Positions 10,127 through 20,629 of a DNA stretch of 64,000 nucleotides are shown in pieces (position 1 is the first letter of the stretch; every line of letters starts with the position of its first letter). Source of the DNA: Cenarchaeum sp. GTDB taxonomy: Archaea; Thermoproteota; Nitrososphaeria; Nitrososphaerales; Nitrosopumilaceae. The notes under the pieces were generated by a model. That model was given only the letters and a program-made list of their open reading frames with translations, searched no databases and had not been told where the DNA came from. Where the stretch lies: the NCBI GenBank assembly GCA_965242695.1, contig CBDESU010000002.1, positions 288,001-352,000 of the forward strand. Direction: 5' to 3'. The translations under genes were made by a program, and so were the position numbers.

Positions 10127-10914
10127 GGATAGGAATAGTCGGCGTCGGCACCGTGGGATCGGCCGTCCAGTTCGGGCTAGAGAAGAAAAGGGGGCACGAT
10201 GTCGCCGTGCATGACGTCAAAATGCAGGGGACAAGCCTAGAGCAGGTGTACGATTCCTCGGACATGATATTCGTGTGCGTCGGCACGCCGCAGAACCCCG
10301 ACGGAACGTGCGACACGTCTGCCGTCGAGCAGGTCTGCACCTCGATCGAGGCGATGGCCAGGGAGAGGGGCGAGACAAAGGACGTCGTGGTAAAGTCGAC
10401 CGTCATACCGGGCACCGTCTCCAAGCTCGAAAAGGCCTGCCCGTCGCTCAGGCTAGCCATGAACCCCGAGTTTTTGCTCGAGCGCGCCGCGGTGCAGAAC
10501 TTTTGCGACCAGGACGTGTGCGTCGTGGGGACAGACCACGACGACCTGTACGGCCGGATCGTCGAGGCCCACGGCAACCTGGCAAGGGAGTACGTCCGCA
10601 CCACGCCGGTCAACGCCGAGACCGTCAAGTACTTTCTGAACGTGTTCAACTCTACGCGGATCATATTTGCAAACCTCTTCTACGAGGTGTGCGGCAAGGT
10701 CGGCGCCGACTACGACGAGGTCAAGGGCCTGGCAGTCAGGCGCGACAACATGATCGACTCGTACCTAGACTGCAACAAGAACCTTCGCGGGTTCGGCGGG
10801 GCGTGCTTGCCGAAGGACACGGAGGCGCTGTTTGCGCTCGCATCGAGGGAGGGCGTGCAGTACGACTTCCTGAAGGGCGTGCTGGCTGACAACAGGAGGA
10901 TCGGCGATGTCTGA
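10123..10914 (+). CDS. UDP-glucose/GDP-mannose dehydrogenase family protein (short form)
   Basis: IGIVGVGTVG, CVGTP, VKSTVIPGT, NPEFL, GFGGACLPKD motifs. Confidence 0.9.
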   Translation: MRIGIVGVGTVGSAVQFGLEKKRGHDVAVHDVKMQGTSLEQVYDSSDMIFVCVGTPQNPDGTCDTSAVEQVCTSIEAMARERGETKDVVVKSTVIPGTVSKLEKACPSLRLAMNPEFLLERAAVQNFCDQDVCVVGTDHDDLYGRIVEAHGNLAREYVRTTPVNAETVKYFLNVFNSTRIIFANLFYEVCGKVGADYDEVKGLAVRRDNMIDSYLDCNKNLRGFGGACLPKDTEALFALASREGVQYDFLKGVLADNRRIGDV

Positions 10915-11962
10915 CGGCGGCAGGACGGCGCTCGTCACCGGATCGCAGGGGTTCATCGGCTCGTACCTGTGCGCCGAGCTGCTCGGGAAGGGGTACTCGG
11001 TCGTCGGCATCGACGACTACTCAAAGTACGGCCCGCTCGTGCGCCCGCACGACTCGCACCCGTCGTTCAGGCTGGTCAGGGCAGACTGCTCGTCGGACAG
11101 GTTTCGCGAGAGCTTCCTGGAGGGAGAAGAGGCGGGCACGCGGTTCAACTACGTGGTCGCCGGCGCCGCCATGATCGGCGGCATCTCCTACTTTCACAAG
11201 TACGCGTACGACCTGCTGGCCAAGAACGAGCGCATACAGGCCAACACGTTCGACATCGCCATCGACAGGCACAAGAGGGGGATGCTCGACCGAATCGTCG
11301 TCGTCAGCTCCAGCATGGCGTTCGAGAACGCCGCCGTGTGGCCTACCCCCGAGGGGCACCAGCGCGAGTGCCCGCCGCCGTCCTCCACGTACGGCTTCCA
11401 AAAACTCGCGTCCGAGTACTTTGCGCGCGGCGCGCTCGAGCAGCACGGCCTGCCCTACACGATCGTACGGCCGTTCAACTGCATAGGGGTAGGCGAGGAC
11501 AGGGCGTTAGGCGAGGAAGAGGTCATGTCGGGCAACGTAAGGCTGCTCATGTCCCATGTGGTGCCCGACCTGGTCAACAAGTGCCTGCTCGGGCAGGATC
11601 CGCTGCACATACTGGGTTCGGGCTGGCAGGTGAGGCACTACACCAACGGGAGGGACATCGCAAGGGGCATCCGGATGGCAGCCGAGTCGCCCGGCGCCGT
11701 AAACGAGGACTTTAACATATCGACGGGGGCAAGCACGACCGTGATGGAGCTGGCCCGGATGATATGGGAGAGGATCAACCCGGACAGGCCGTTCCGCACG
11801 GTCTCGGATCCTCCGTACGAGCACGACGTGCAGAGGCGTGTGCCCGACGTGGAAAAGGCCAGGCGCGTGCTCGGCTTCGAGGCAGAGATCGGGCTGGACG
11901 AGAGCCTTGGTGAGGTGATCTCGTGGCTGCGCGCCAGGATGCCGGAGGCGAGGGCCAGGTGA
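10907..11962 (+). CDS. NAD-dependent epimerase/dehydratase (extended SDR)
   Basis: LVTGSQGFIG, SSS, YGFQK (YxxxK), RPFNCIG motifs. Confidence 0.92.
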   Translation: MSDGGRTALVTGSQGFIGSYLCAELLGKGYSVVGIDDYSKYGPLVRPHDSHPSFRLVRADCSSDRFRESFLEGEEAGTRFNYVVAGAAMIGGISYFHKYAYDLLAKNERIQANTFDIAIDRHKRGMLDRIVVVSSSMAFENAAVWPTPEGHQRECPPPSSTYGFQKLASEYFARGALEQHGLPYTIVRPFNCIGVGEDRALGEEEVMSGNVRLLMSHVVPDLVNKCLLGQDPLHILGSGWQVRHYTNGRDIARGIRMAAESPGAVNEDFNISTGASTTVMELARMIWERINPDRPFRTVSDPPYEHDVQRRVPDVEKARRVLGFEAEIGLDESLGEVISWLRARMPEARAR

Positions 11963-12387
11963 GCGAGGGATGCGAGGGCCAGGCCGCGGACGGCCGCGCA
12001 CCGGCAGCGGCGGCGGGCAGGGATGCCAAGGTGTTTGCCGAATATGGCCCCCCCATGGACGAGGTCGCCGAGTTTGTCAACTCGTGCAACTCGTTCTCCG
12101 AGCTCGTGGACCGGCTGTGCATCGAAAACGTGCGGCTGTGGCACATACTCGACGACACGGCCGAGCTCAAGCGCGAGCTGGAGGAGGCCGAGGCGGGCGG
12201 CGACGGGGCCAGGCGCACCGAGATACTCGAGAGGATTGCAAAGAAGTCGTTCGAGAACATAGAGACAGTGAAGAGGAGGTCGGCCTTCAAGAGGGCCATC
12301 GACGAGTCGCTCAAGCACAACGTTGGGCGGATGGTGCGCGGCGGCGACCCAAGCGTGTGCATCGAAAGCAAGAGCTACGGCAGGTGA
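11959..12387 (+). CDS. Helical hypothetical protein (DUF4254-like)
   Basis: GTGA overlap with the upstream stop; ELVDRLCIENVRLWH motif. Confidence 0.6.
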   Translation: MSEGCEGQAADGRAPAAAAGRDAKVFAEYGPPMDEVAEFVNSCNSFSELVDRLCIENVRLWHILDDTAELKRELEEAEAGGDGARRTEILERIAKKSFENIETVKRRSAFKRAIDESLKHNVGRMVRGGDPSVCIESKSYGR

Positions 12388-12405
12388 CCGGCGGAGGCAT
12401 TCCGC

Positions 12406-14634
12406 CTACTCGTCCTTTTCGCCCTCCTGCACATGGTACACGATGCTGTCGAACGCCGTGACGTGGGACACGCCCATCGACTTCAGCGTCTCGTAGAAGT
12501 ATATGGCATCGCCAGAGGTCGTCGAGCCGTCCGGCTCGGTCCTGTTCCCTATGGGATAGCCGCCGCTGCGCCGGAACGTGTCGGCGTATATGGCGCACGG
12601 CATGAACAGGCCGCCCTGCTTGGCCTTGTCCTCGGAGATACGGCTGGCAAACTCTTGGAACGCCTCGTCGTCGAAATTCGAGTGCGTCGTGCCAAAGTCC
12701 CTCTCGATCCCGTACTTGCCAGAGCTCATCTTTCCCGACTCTACTAGGCGGGACGTGACGATCGTCTTCTCGTCTAGGCGCCTGAGCAGGTTGTCGAGCC
12801 ACCCCGGCGTAAAGGCCATGTCAGAGTTGACGAACACTAGGACGTCGCCGCCGGCTGCCATGCCGCCGTGGTTCCACGCGCGGTACACGCGGCTCATGTA
12901 GTGCTCGTCGGGGTCGGGGCTGCGGAATACGGTGTGCCTCATGCCCGAGGAGCGCAGGAACTCGAGGAGCCGGTCGGTCGGGTCGTTGGCCACGAACGTA
13001 AACTCGACGTTGCCGTACCTTGCGCCGCGGCCCCTGCCGGTGTGGCGCTCGAACGAGTCGTGCACGAACCTGGCGTAGGCGGGGGACTTGTATACGAGGC
13101 AGACTACCGAGACGCTCAGGGCCGACGGGGGGAACCAGTCCCGCGAGAACGGCTCCGTTTGCAGCGTCGACTCGTCCCTTATGCGCTCGAGCATGCGGCC
13201 CGCCTGCCCGTGCCGCTTGTAGTTTTCGTACTTTTGCGAGATGGAAGTTCCCGTGGAGAACCCGTAGTGGATCACCCTCGTGGTGGCAAGCTTGGACCTG
13301 CCGAGGCCGGCGGGAGACTGCTGGTGATGCAGGCCCTCGCGCACGTCGAATGCAAGGCGGCCGGTGTTTCTCCACAGCTTGGTCTGCCAGGCCTTGAACC
13401 ACAGCTCGTCCGTCCTGTACCTGTCCAGGGACTTCCACAGGTTGTAGTACCTGAACCGGAATGCATCGATTCCCTTTTGGTCACCGTGCCTGCACAGGGA
13501 CCGTATGTCGCCTAGCTCGCCGGAGCGGTCGAAGACCTCGTCGGCGTCGAGCCAGACTAGCCAGTCGGGGTCGAGGCGCAGCGCGGCCTCGAGCATCTGC
13601 TGCTTGACGTACAGCTCGCGCCTAAAGTCGTCGGGGGCCGTCATGATGTTGGAGGTGAAGCGCTCGGCGATCCGGAGCGAGTCGTCGGTCGAGCCGTTGT
13701 CGCATGCCAGTATGTCGTCGCAGAAGCGGACCATGTGGCGCAGGCACCGCTCCAGGTTGCCGCTCTCGCTCCCCTCGTTGCGGAACTTTACGAATCCGAC
13801 CAGGCGAACGCCGTCGTTCCTGCCGCCGTTGCACAGGCGGGACGCGTCCACTATGGGCGGGTCGCGCCAGTCCCTGTACGAGAGGATCGCCCGACGCGCG
13901 ATGCGGCGGGGAAGAGATCGGCGGATCGGCGTCGCGGAGGGGGCGGGCGGGGCAGGGGCGGGCGGCTCAGGCATGCGAACCGCCTCCCCCCCCCCCGGCC
14001 GCGGAGCTGGCGGCCGCGTTTTTGACGCAATGAACTGGTTCTTGATCTCTAGGACGCGATACCCCCTGCTGCGAAATTCGCCCGGTTCCCAGCCGCACAG
14101 ATGCCTTTCCAACTTGCTGTGGTGCAGTCTGACGTTGTACTCGGCGTCGACGAATCCGACTGGCGTGGCGATGACCAGCAGGCGGCCGTACATGCCTTCC
14201 AGCGTGGCCAGCAGGCGCCGGCCGTCGTCCTTTGGCAAGTGCTCTATGACATGGTGGCATATGACGACGTCAAAGCGGCGGCCGAGCACTCGCACGTCCC
14301 TTGCGTCCATGATCCTGTAGTCCCCCGGGGGCCCGTTCTTCTCCCTCCACTTCACGCATGGTGGGAATGCATCTATTCCTGTCACCTCGTATTCGCCGCC
14401 GCGGCATATCTCGTGCAGTATGTCCTCGGTCATTGGATTGCCATCGTGCAACATGCCGCAGCCGACATCTAGTATGCTGTGCGCATCTGGAGGGATCAGG
14501 CCTGTGATGTGCGGTATGTTGTCGCTGTTCTTGGCGGCATCAACGGGGCTGGGCGGCGCCGCAGGCAGGGCCCCGGCCTCCCACCGTCCAAGGCGCCCCG
14601 CCGCTCGCCGCACGGCGGCGGCAAGAGACGTCAT
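12406..14634 (-). CDS. SAM-methyltransferase + two GT2-like domain fusion
   Basis: ILDVGCG...FDVVICHHVIEHL; DNGSTD, WLDADE, IHYG; VFVNSDM. Confidence 0.85.
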   Translation of the reverse strand: MTSLAAAVRRAAGRLGRWEAGALPAAPPSPVDAAKNSDNIPHITGLIPPDAHSILDVGCGMLHDGNPMTEDILHEICRGGEYEVTGIDAFPPCVKWREKNGPPGDYRIMDARDVRVLGRRFDVVICHHVIEHLPKDDGRRLLATLEGMYGRLLVIATPVGFVDAEYNVRLHHSKLERHLCGWEPGEFRSRGYRVLEIKNQFIASKTRPPAPRPGGGEAVRMPEPPAPAPPAPSATPIRRSLPRRIARRAILSYRDWRDPPIVDASRLCNGGRNDGVRLVGFVKFRNEGSESGNLERCLRHMVRFCDDILACDNGSTDDSLRIAERFTSNIMTAPDDFRRELYVKQQMLEAALRLDPDWLVWLDADEVFDRSGELGDIRSLCRHGDQKGIDAFRFRYYNLWKSLDRYRTDELWFKAWQTKLWRNTGRLAFDVREGLHHQQSPAGLGRSKLATTRVIHYGFSTGTSISQKYENYKRHGQAGRMLERIRDESTLQTEPFSRDWFPPSALSVSVVCLVYKSPAYARFVHDSFERHTGRGRGARYGNVEFTFVANDPTDRLLEFLRSSGMRHTVFRSPDPDEHYMSRVYRAWNHGGMAAGGDVLVFVNSDMAFTPGWLDNLLRRLDEKTIVTSRLVESGKMSSGKYGIERDFGTTHSNFDDEAFQEFASRISEDKAKQGGLFMPCAIYADTFRRSGGYPIGNRTEPDGSTTSGDAIYFYETLKSMGVSHVTAFDSIVYHVQEGEKDE

Positions 14635-14979
14635 TGTAGATCCGATCCCAGCTGCGCCGGGACGGCCTGGTGTCGCATGGAAGGGAGCAGAAGAGAGGAG
14701 GCGGCGGCCAACCAAGGAGCGGCGCTACGGGGTCCTAGACGGGACGGATTTGCGCGTAGGCGCGATCCCGTAGTCACAGTTCGCTGCGGCCTCACGCGCC
14801 GCGCGTCGCACCAGTGCCTTATTGGTGTTATCTGCGCGGGCGCGGGCGGTGGAAGTGGGACATCGGCGGACGGGGGCAGGCGGCCCGGAGCGCCGCCGGC
14901 GATGGCCGCCTGTGCGGCGGCGACCGGCACACCTGCGCCTCTCCCGCACATAAATACGGGCGCGGCACGGGCTGCCGCA

Positions 14980-15705
14980 ATGAAGGCGGTCAGGGCAGGC
15001 CTCGCGTGGGCCAAGATGCGGAGCAGGGGCCGTGGCGGTGGGCATCACGGCGCGGCGGACGAACCGCGGGAGCGCTTTGACTATGCGTACTCGGCAGATA
15101 CGGCCATGGGATCGGCGTGGGCGGCCCACTACGTCATGTACGCAGAGCTTGCAAGGCATGCCCTGGCGGAGGCGCCGACGATGGACCTCTGCTGCGGGTC
15201 GGGGCCGGGGACGAGGTACCTGCGCGGCGAGCTTGGATCCGATATCGTCGGCGTGGACTACTCGGAAGATGCGTTGCGGTACGCCAGGGACAACAACATG
15301 GCGGACGGGATAGAGTTCGTCAGGATCGATCTCCGTAGCGAGTTGCACGCCCTGCGCGGGCTCGCTAGGCGGAGGAGCATCCGGCAGGTGTTCTTTGTCG
15401 AGGGAATGGAGCACGTGACAAACCACCTAGAGATCATCGACGCCCTGTTCGGGGAGGGTATTGAAAAGGTGCTGGTGTCGACGCCTAGGGAGAGGGAGGG
15501 AGCTGCCCCGGCGGACTGGCATGTCAACCCGATCACCCCGAGGAGAATGGGGGAGCTGGAGGAGAGGTACGTGCTGGAGATGTACGGATACTGCAGGTTT
15601 GTCGACTGCGCGCGGTCGGCAGGGAGGGATCCGGCAGAGTACGTGACGGACAAGGTGGAAGAGGGAGTCAACTACGTCTTTAGCCTAGGCCCGAACCGCA
15701 GCTAG
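14980..15705 (+). CDS. Class I SAM-dependent methyltransferase
   Basis: MDLCCGSG, VGVDYS, EGMEHV, STP motifs; ATG 14980 after ATAAATA. Confidence 0.85.
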   Translation: MKAVRAGLAWAKMRSRGRGGGHHGAADEPRERFDYAYSADTAMGSAWAAHYVMYAELARHALAEAPTMDLCCGSGPGTRYLRGELGSDIVGVDYSEDALRYARDNNMADGIEFVRIDLRSELHALRGLARRRSIRQVFFVEGMEHVTNHLEIIDALFGEGIEKVLVSTPREREGAAPADWHVNPITPRRMGELEERYVLEMYGYCRFVDCARSAGRDPAEYVTDKVEEGVNYVFSLGPNRS

Positions 15706-16274
15706 GCTCGGGCGACGTCGGTGTTCCACGGGTTTTTTGCCCGAGGCCCGGCCAGCAGGGGCCTAGAATGGTGCGGCAAAGGATGGCGCCCCGCCAAGCG
15801 ACTGCCAGAGGCGCGGAGGTTGCGCCAGCTTCGGCCAAGGCCCGCCCTGCGCCATACCGCCGGCCTGCTCAAGGCGGGTTTTGCCGGTAGGGCCGGTGCG
15901 CGGCCCTGCCACCGTCCTGCTCCGCATCCAAGCGATCGCATCGGTACTGCCCGGCCCCGCCTTTCCGATCCAGCCACGCAGCTCGCCGCATCGCCACTGC
16001 CTCCGCCCGGTCAGATGCGTCACGCCGGCAGCCGACGTCCGGCCTAGGCAACAGAATGCGCTGCGAGTTCGCGGATCAGCCCGAGGTTGCAACGCGGAGC
16101 TCCTAGCACCGCAAGGGCCCATACCTGCGCCGGTCATGGCATCCGAGTGGCAAAACGGTGGAGCATGCAGGGCCCGTAGGCGCAGCGCGCTGAGCCCGAC
16201 GCGGCGCAGGCCGCCGCACGCCGTCGTCCACTAGCATGCGGGAGCCAGAGGGTGCGCAGCCCCGCGCCGCGGCG

Positions 16275-16871
16275 CTACTTCGGCTCTTCGGGGCCGAACC
16301 ATGCAGGGCCCGGGAACGGCCGCCGCACGCCCTCCTTGTCTAGCGAGCCCGACGCGGTCTCGCCTTCCATGTACCTATCTATGGCGGCGCGAATCTTTAC
16401 AAGCTCGGCCTTCAGCTCGGGATTCCTGGTCGTAGAGATCATCAGGTCCACCAGCGCGTGGTTGTACGTCTCCAGAAACACCTCCTTCGAGCGGGGCGTG
16501 AGCAGGTCGATGTACGGGTTGAGGTGCGTGAGCCTGCGCGTCTCGGTCTTTTGCTGCGTGCGGTTGTGGCGGTGGCCGACCAGGACGGACACGGGAACTA
16601 TGACGGACAGCGTGGCCAGCACGAACCAGTGCAGAGGGTAGTCCTTGAACCAGTCTGTCAGGCCGTGGAGGAGCAGTATAAAGTTGGCAAAGCCGAACAT
16701 GAACGCCATGTACGTGCCGTAGCCGACGCGCATCTCGAACCAGCGGCGGCCGGCCCACTCGGCGTCCAGGCCCGCTCGGCGGCTGGCACTGCCCCGGCCT
16801 GCGCCGCCGCGCGAAAAGATGCGCCGCCGGAGCCCGGGCCGCCGAGGGGTGCCGCCGCGCTTGGTGGGCAC
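16275..16871 (-). CDS. Two-TM membrane protein (tandem paralog 2)
   Basis: RRWFEMRVGYGTY...GLTDWFKDYPLHWF; core almost identical to the neighbouring gene. Confidence 0.75.
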   Translation of the reverse strand: MPTKRGGTPRRPGLRRRIFSRGGAGRGSASRRAGLDAEWAGRRWFEMRVGYGTYMAFMFGFANFILLLHGLTDWFKDYPLHWFVLATLSVIVPVSVLVGHRHNRTQQKTETRRLTHLNPYIDLLTPRSKEVFLETYNHALVDLMISTTRNPELKAELVKIRAAIDRYMEGETASGSLDKEGVRRPFPGPAWFGPEEPK

Positions 16872-16874
16872 TGG

Positions 16875-17339
16875 CTACACCCCCTCCTTTTGAAGCGCAT
16901 CCATGGACGACTCTCCGTCCAGGATCTTCCTGCACACCCTTCCGAGCTTCTTGTTGCGCTCGGCCAGCTCGGGCTCGTCGCACCTTTCGGCCATCTCGAC
17001 CATCCATGCGGCCTGGGCAAGCAGTATGCGGTAGGCAAACTCCTCCTTCGAGTCTGGTATGATCACGTCGATGTACGGGTTGAGGTGCGTGAGGTTGCGC
17101 GCCTCGGTCTTTTGCTGCGTGCGGTTGTGGTGGTAGCCGACGGCAATGGCTACGGGGACGATGGCGCCTATCGCGGCCAGTGCGAACCAGTGCAGCGGGT
17201 AGTCCTTGAACCAGTCGGTCAGGCCGTGGAGGATGAGGACAAAGTTGCCGAACCCGAATATGAACCCCAGGTATATGCCGTAGCCGGCGCGCATCTCGAA
17301 CCAGCGGCGGCCTATCCACTCGCGGTCGGGTCGGTTCAT
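16875..17339 (-). CDS. Two-TM membrane protein (tandem paralog 1)
   Basis: RRWFEMRAGYGIY...GLTDWFKDYPLHWF...HNRTQQKTE. Confidence 0.75.
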   Translation of the reverse strand: MNRPDREWIGRRWFEMRAGYGIYLGFIFGFGNFVLILHGLTDWFKDYPLHWFALAAIGAIVPVAIAVGYHHNRTQQKTEARNLTHLNPYIDVIIPDSKEEFAYRILLAQAAWMVEMAERCDEPELAERNKKLGRVCRKILDGESSMDALQKEGV

Positions 17340-17643
17340 CGCGGGATACCTCCCGCTGCGGCACGGCGGCGCCTCATTGCAGCTTGACGGCCGCGGGGGC
17401 CGGCCGGATATACCTTGCGGGGGCCGGCGGGCCCAGTGTCCCCGCCCCCCGGGACGGGCGCGGGCGGGCTCGGGATGCGCCCGCGGCCCGCGCAGGGCGT
17501 GGGGACGGACGGGGCCGCGCAGGCGATCGCCGGCGCCAGGGCCGCATGCATGGGGATCATGCGCCCGCCCTCCCATACGCCTGCGGGCGCAGCCCGCGGT
17601 TCTGGCCGCATCGCGCGGCCGCGCAGCGCCATGCAGGGCGCCG

Positions 17644-17716
17644 CGCCGGATCCGATCGCCTTCCCGTGGGAGGAGGCCCCGGGCGGATGTGATCGCCGGA
17701 TCCGATCGCCTTCCCG
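17644..17716. repeat. 23-bp direct repeat pair, 50-bp period
   Basis: CGCCGGATCCGATCGCCTTCCCG at 17644 and 17694. Confidence 0.7.
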
Positions 17717-18360
17717 GAGGTGGCTACCCCGACAGGGCGGGGCGCCGCCAGTGCCGGCGGCCAGCCCGCAGGGGCCGGATATGGCGGCGGCGGACCGCTG
17801 CCCCGCACTGCCGGGATCGATGCCCGTCCAGCCGCCGCTAGGGGGCACGCGGCGGGAACCCGCGCAGCGCCGGCAACGGACAGGGACGCCCCCGAGGGGC
17901 CGGCCGCCGCATCTTGCCCCCCTACGGGCAGGGCGGCCGCGCCCGGGCCTCTTTCCGGCCCGGCATCCGCCCTGCATCCGCCCGTCCCGGCGGCGCTGCC
18001 ACCGGGCGGAGCGATCGTGCCGGGCGGAGCGATCGTGCCGGGCGGAGCGGACGGCGTGCTGCGGCGCGGGCGGCGCGCCGGGCTGGACGACGGGGCGCAG
18101 CTGCGGCGCGGGCGGTGCCCGGGCAGGCGCCCTCCGCCCCCGCCACGTCCCCTGCATCCGCGCAACTCCACGCGCAGGCAAAAGACGAAGCGGCGTGGCC
18201 TTGCGCAGGGCTCGCAAGGCAGGTCCAGGGATGCGAGGCGTTGGGGCGCGGGAAGGCGGCGATGGTGGGGGAGCCGTGCAGCCCCGGAGGCACAAGGGGC
18301 GTGGCGGGTGCGGATCTCCGCCGGCCAGGCGGCCGACCTGTGCGAAAGCGGCGCGAGCTG

Positions 18361-20304
18361 TCATGCCGGGCTCGAGCCTCCCGCCGCGCTGCCGTCCAGT
18401 ATGGCCTCGACTATCCGCCCCAGCCGTTCGGGGCGCATGCCCCTCTGCTCCATCTCCCGCATCATCAGGTAGGCAAGCAGTGGCTTCTTGTCGCTCCTGC
18501 CACTCAGCCCGTACTCCCGCCTGAACCGTACGGCGAGCGGTGCGTGTATTTCCTCCCCCATGTCGGAGCGCAGCATGCATTCCATGTCGGCCTCGCAGCA
18601 GGCAAAGTCGGGGGTGATGGCCCCGAGCCAAGCGCCGGCGTCGATTTCGTCCCGGGGCATCCCGAGCAGCGACAAGAGGCAGGCGTTGTTCTTTTTTTCG
18701 CTCTCCTTATTGTTGTCCCCGTCCCAGACGACGTACGTGCGCACGCCTAGCTCCTTGAACATGGCAAGGGGGGCGTGCAGGTTGCCCTTTGGCCCGCACG
18801 ATATGACGGCCACGCCCCTCTCGTCAAGCGGCGTGCCGAGCATCTCGGCCGCCCTCATGACTGCTATCCGGTCGGTGTCGCCCTCTACTAGAACCACCCT
18901 GTCGGCAAAGAACCCCTCGCTCATCATAGGAGTCAGGATGCGGTCAAAGTCGTGCTCTAGCCTGCCCGGGTCGGTGCGCCTTGTGGCGCCTGCGTCGACA
19001 AGCCTCTTTCGGATGCTGTCCATGTCGGTCCGCCATACGCGGGTGGTTTTGGGCTTGTCCCTGCCGCCGTCTACCTTGCGCAACATGCGCACCTGTCCGA
19101 TCCGGTCGGCGCCGACAAAGTACGGCGAATGGGTTGTGTAGACTACCTGCATGCGGTCGGCCACGCCGTCAAGCCCACTTTGGGACATCGAGCGGAACAG
19201 GCCTGCAAGATGGCGCATTCGAGTCGGGTGCTGGTAGATTTCCGGCTCCTCGACGGCAAGCACGACCGACGGCCTTTCATGCGTCCCACCCTTGGGTCCG
19301 TCAAGGTTTTGCAACCAAGGAAGCTGCCGCAGGGCGGCCATGATGACAAACGCCCTCTGCAGGCCGTGCCCCGCCGTACCGACCGGCGACACGTACTCGT
19401 CCTCTGCGAGGCGCGGCTCGGCCCGTGGCATGTCGCCGTCCGGGCTTGGCGGGTGCCACTCTAGTTTGACTTGAGAGCCGGGTACAATGCTTTCGAGTGT
19501 CTTGGTCACCTGTGACTTGAGCTCGTCAAGCTCGGAAAGGCCTTCGCCCCGCATAAAGGCAGGGGTCATATCTTTGAGCGCGGTTCGTGAGTCTTGATGT
19601 ATGATCGTTCTGGCAAATGCGTTTTTGGTGGTTTCGTCCAAGAGGCCGCCCAGAACCGAGCCCGCGCCTCCCCCTTTTTTCCCTGCTGCCGCATCACGCA
19701 CGGCAGGGATGTAGAGGATGTATACGTGCTCTTTCAGGTAAGCGGCGCCGTCAACGCCGTCCCCCATGAGCGCCTCGTCGTCGTGGCGGGCATTGTACTT
19801 GTCGGGGTTGTCTTGTACCCAGTCTCTCAAGTAGTCGCGTATTTTGCTGGCTGATGTCAATTCGGGGAAGTTAGAGTACTTGGACATTTCAAACAGTTCG
19901 ACATAGTACCTGAGGGTGGCATCATCGTCTGATTCGTCTAGGGCATCCTCAAAGTCGGGGTTGCCAGGATAGCATCCGTGAAGTGAGCTTGCCGTCTCGT
20001 CGTCCTTCCAGCGAATAATGCGTTTGATGCCAAGTTCGTTGTCACTGGTGTACTTTGGAAACGCGGTCATGACTGCATTTGGAAGATCGGTAAATGTGAT
20101 CTGGATGCTTATATCTTGCGTGGTGTCCCTGTTGTGGTAGTCGTCCTTGCAGGCGGTCATGTCTCCTTGGAACAGCATCAGGGCGTGCAGGAATGTGGAC
20201 TTGCCGGCACCGTTGGGGCCGACTAGGGCGGTGAGGCCGTCAAGGGCCAAGGTGCAGTCCTTTACGGCGCGCAGGTTCTGCACGCGGATCCTCTTGATGC
20301 GCAA
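18361..20304 (-). CDS. OLD-family ATP-dependent nuclease (ABC ATPase + TOPRIM)
   Basis: VGPNGAGKS Walker A, GHGLQR, VEEPEIYQHP, TTHSP, VVLVEGDTD, VVWDGD; TTG start inferred. Confidence 0.9.
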   Translation of the reverse strand: MRIKRIRVQNLRAVKDCTLALDGLTALVGPNGAGKSTFLHALMLFQGDMTACKDDYHNRDTTQDISIQITFTDLPNAVMTAFPKYTSDNELGIKRIIRWKDDETASSLHGCYPGNPDFEDALDESDDDATLRYYVELFEMSKYSNFPELTSASKIRDYLRDWVQDNPDKYNARHDDEALMGDGVDGAAYLKEHVYILYIPAVRDAAAGKKGGGAGSVLGGLLDETTKNAFARTIIHQDSRTALKDMTPAFMRGEGLSELDELKSQVTKTLESIVPGSQVKLEWHPPSPDGDMPRAEPRLAEDEYVSPVGTAGHGLQRAFVIMAALRQLPWLQNLDGPKGGTHERPSVVLAVEEPEIYQHPTRMRHLAGLFRSMSQSGLDGVADRMQVVYTTHSPYFVGADRIGQVRMLRKVDGGRDKPKTTRVWRTDMDSIRKRLVDAGATRRTDPGRLEHDFDRILTPMMSEGFFADRVVLVEGDTDRIAVMRAAEMLGTPLDERGVAVISCGPKGNLHAPLAMFKELGVRTYVVWDGDNNKESEKKNNACLLSLLGMPRDEIDAGAWLGAITPDFACCEADMECMLRSDMGEEIHAPLAVRFRREYGLSGRSDKKPLLAYLMMREMEQRGMRPERLGRIVEAILDGSAAGGSSPA

Positions 20305-20629
20305 AGCTAATTCAAACCTCCGTCTGGGCGGGGGGCGCGTCGACGATCGCCTGCACGCGCTGGCAACCGTGAGGCTCGGGGCTGGGCTGGGCGGGAAGCG
20401 GTGCACAGTTGACGGACGGGTGCAGCCCACCGGCAGCCCGCGGGGACCGAGCGGAGCGGGGCGAAGGTGTGGGGGAGGGAGTGCTGGCGTAAGGGGACGC
20501 CAAGTGAACGTTGGTGGAATTCGAGGGCAGCGGCGTGCCGGACGGCCGTGGCGGGGGCAGTTAGCGGGATGAAGGTGCGGCGTGCGGCTGGGCCCTGAGC
20601 GGCGGCGGCACCTTCCCAAGCGGCGGCGA

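Noticed and set aside
15706-16270. Short ORFs between the methyltransferase and the membrane genes
   Set aside because: No motif or promoter support
17336-18750. Several long overlapping Arg/Pro/Gly-rich ORFs and an 18-bp tandem near 18002-18050
   Set aside because: Typical stop-poor high-GC intergenic sequence with no domain motifs
18361-20304. Gabija system
   Set aside because: No adjacent UvrD-like GajB gene
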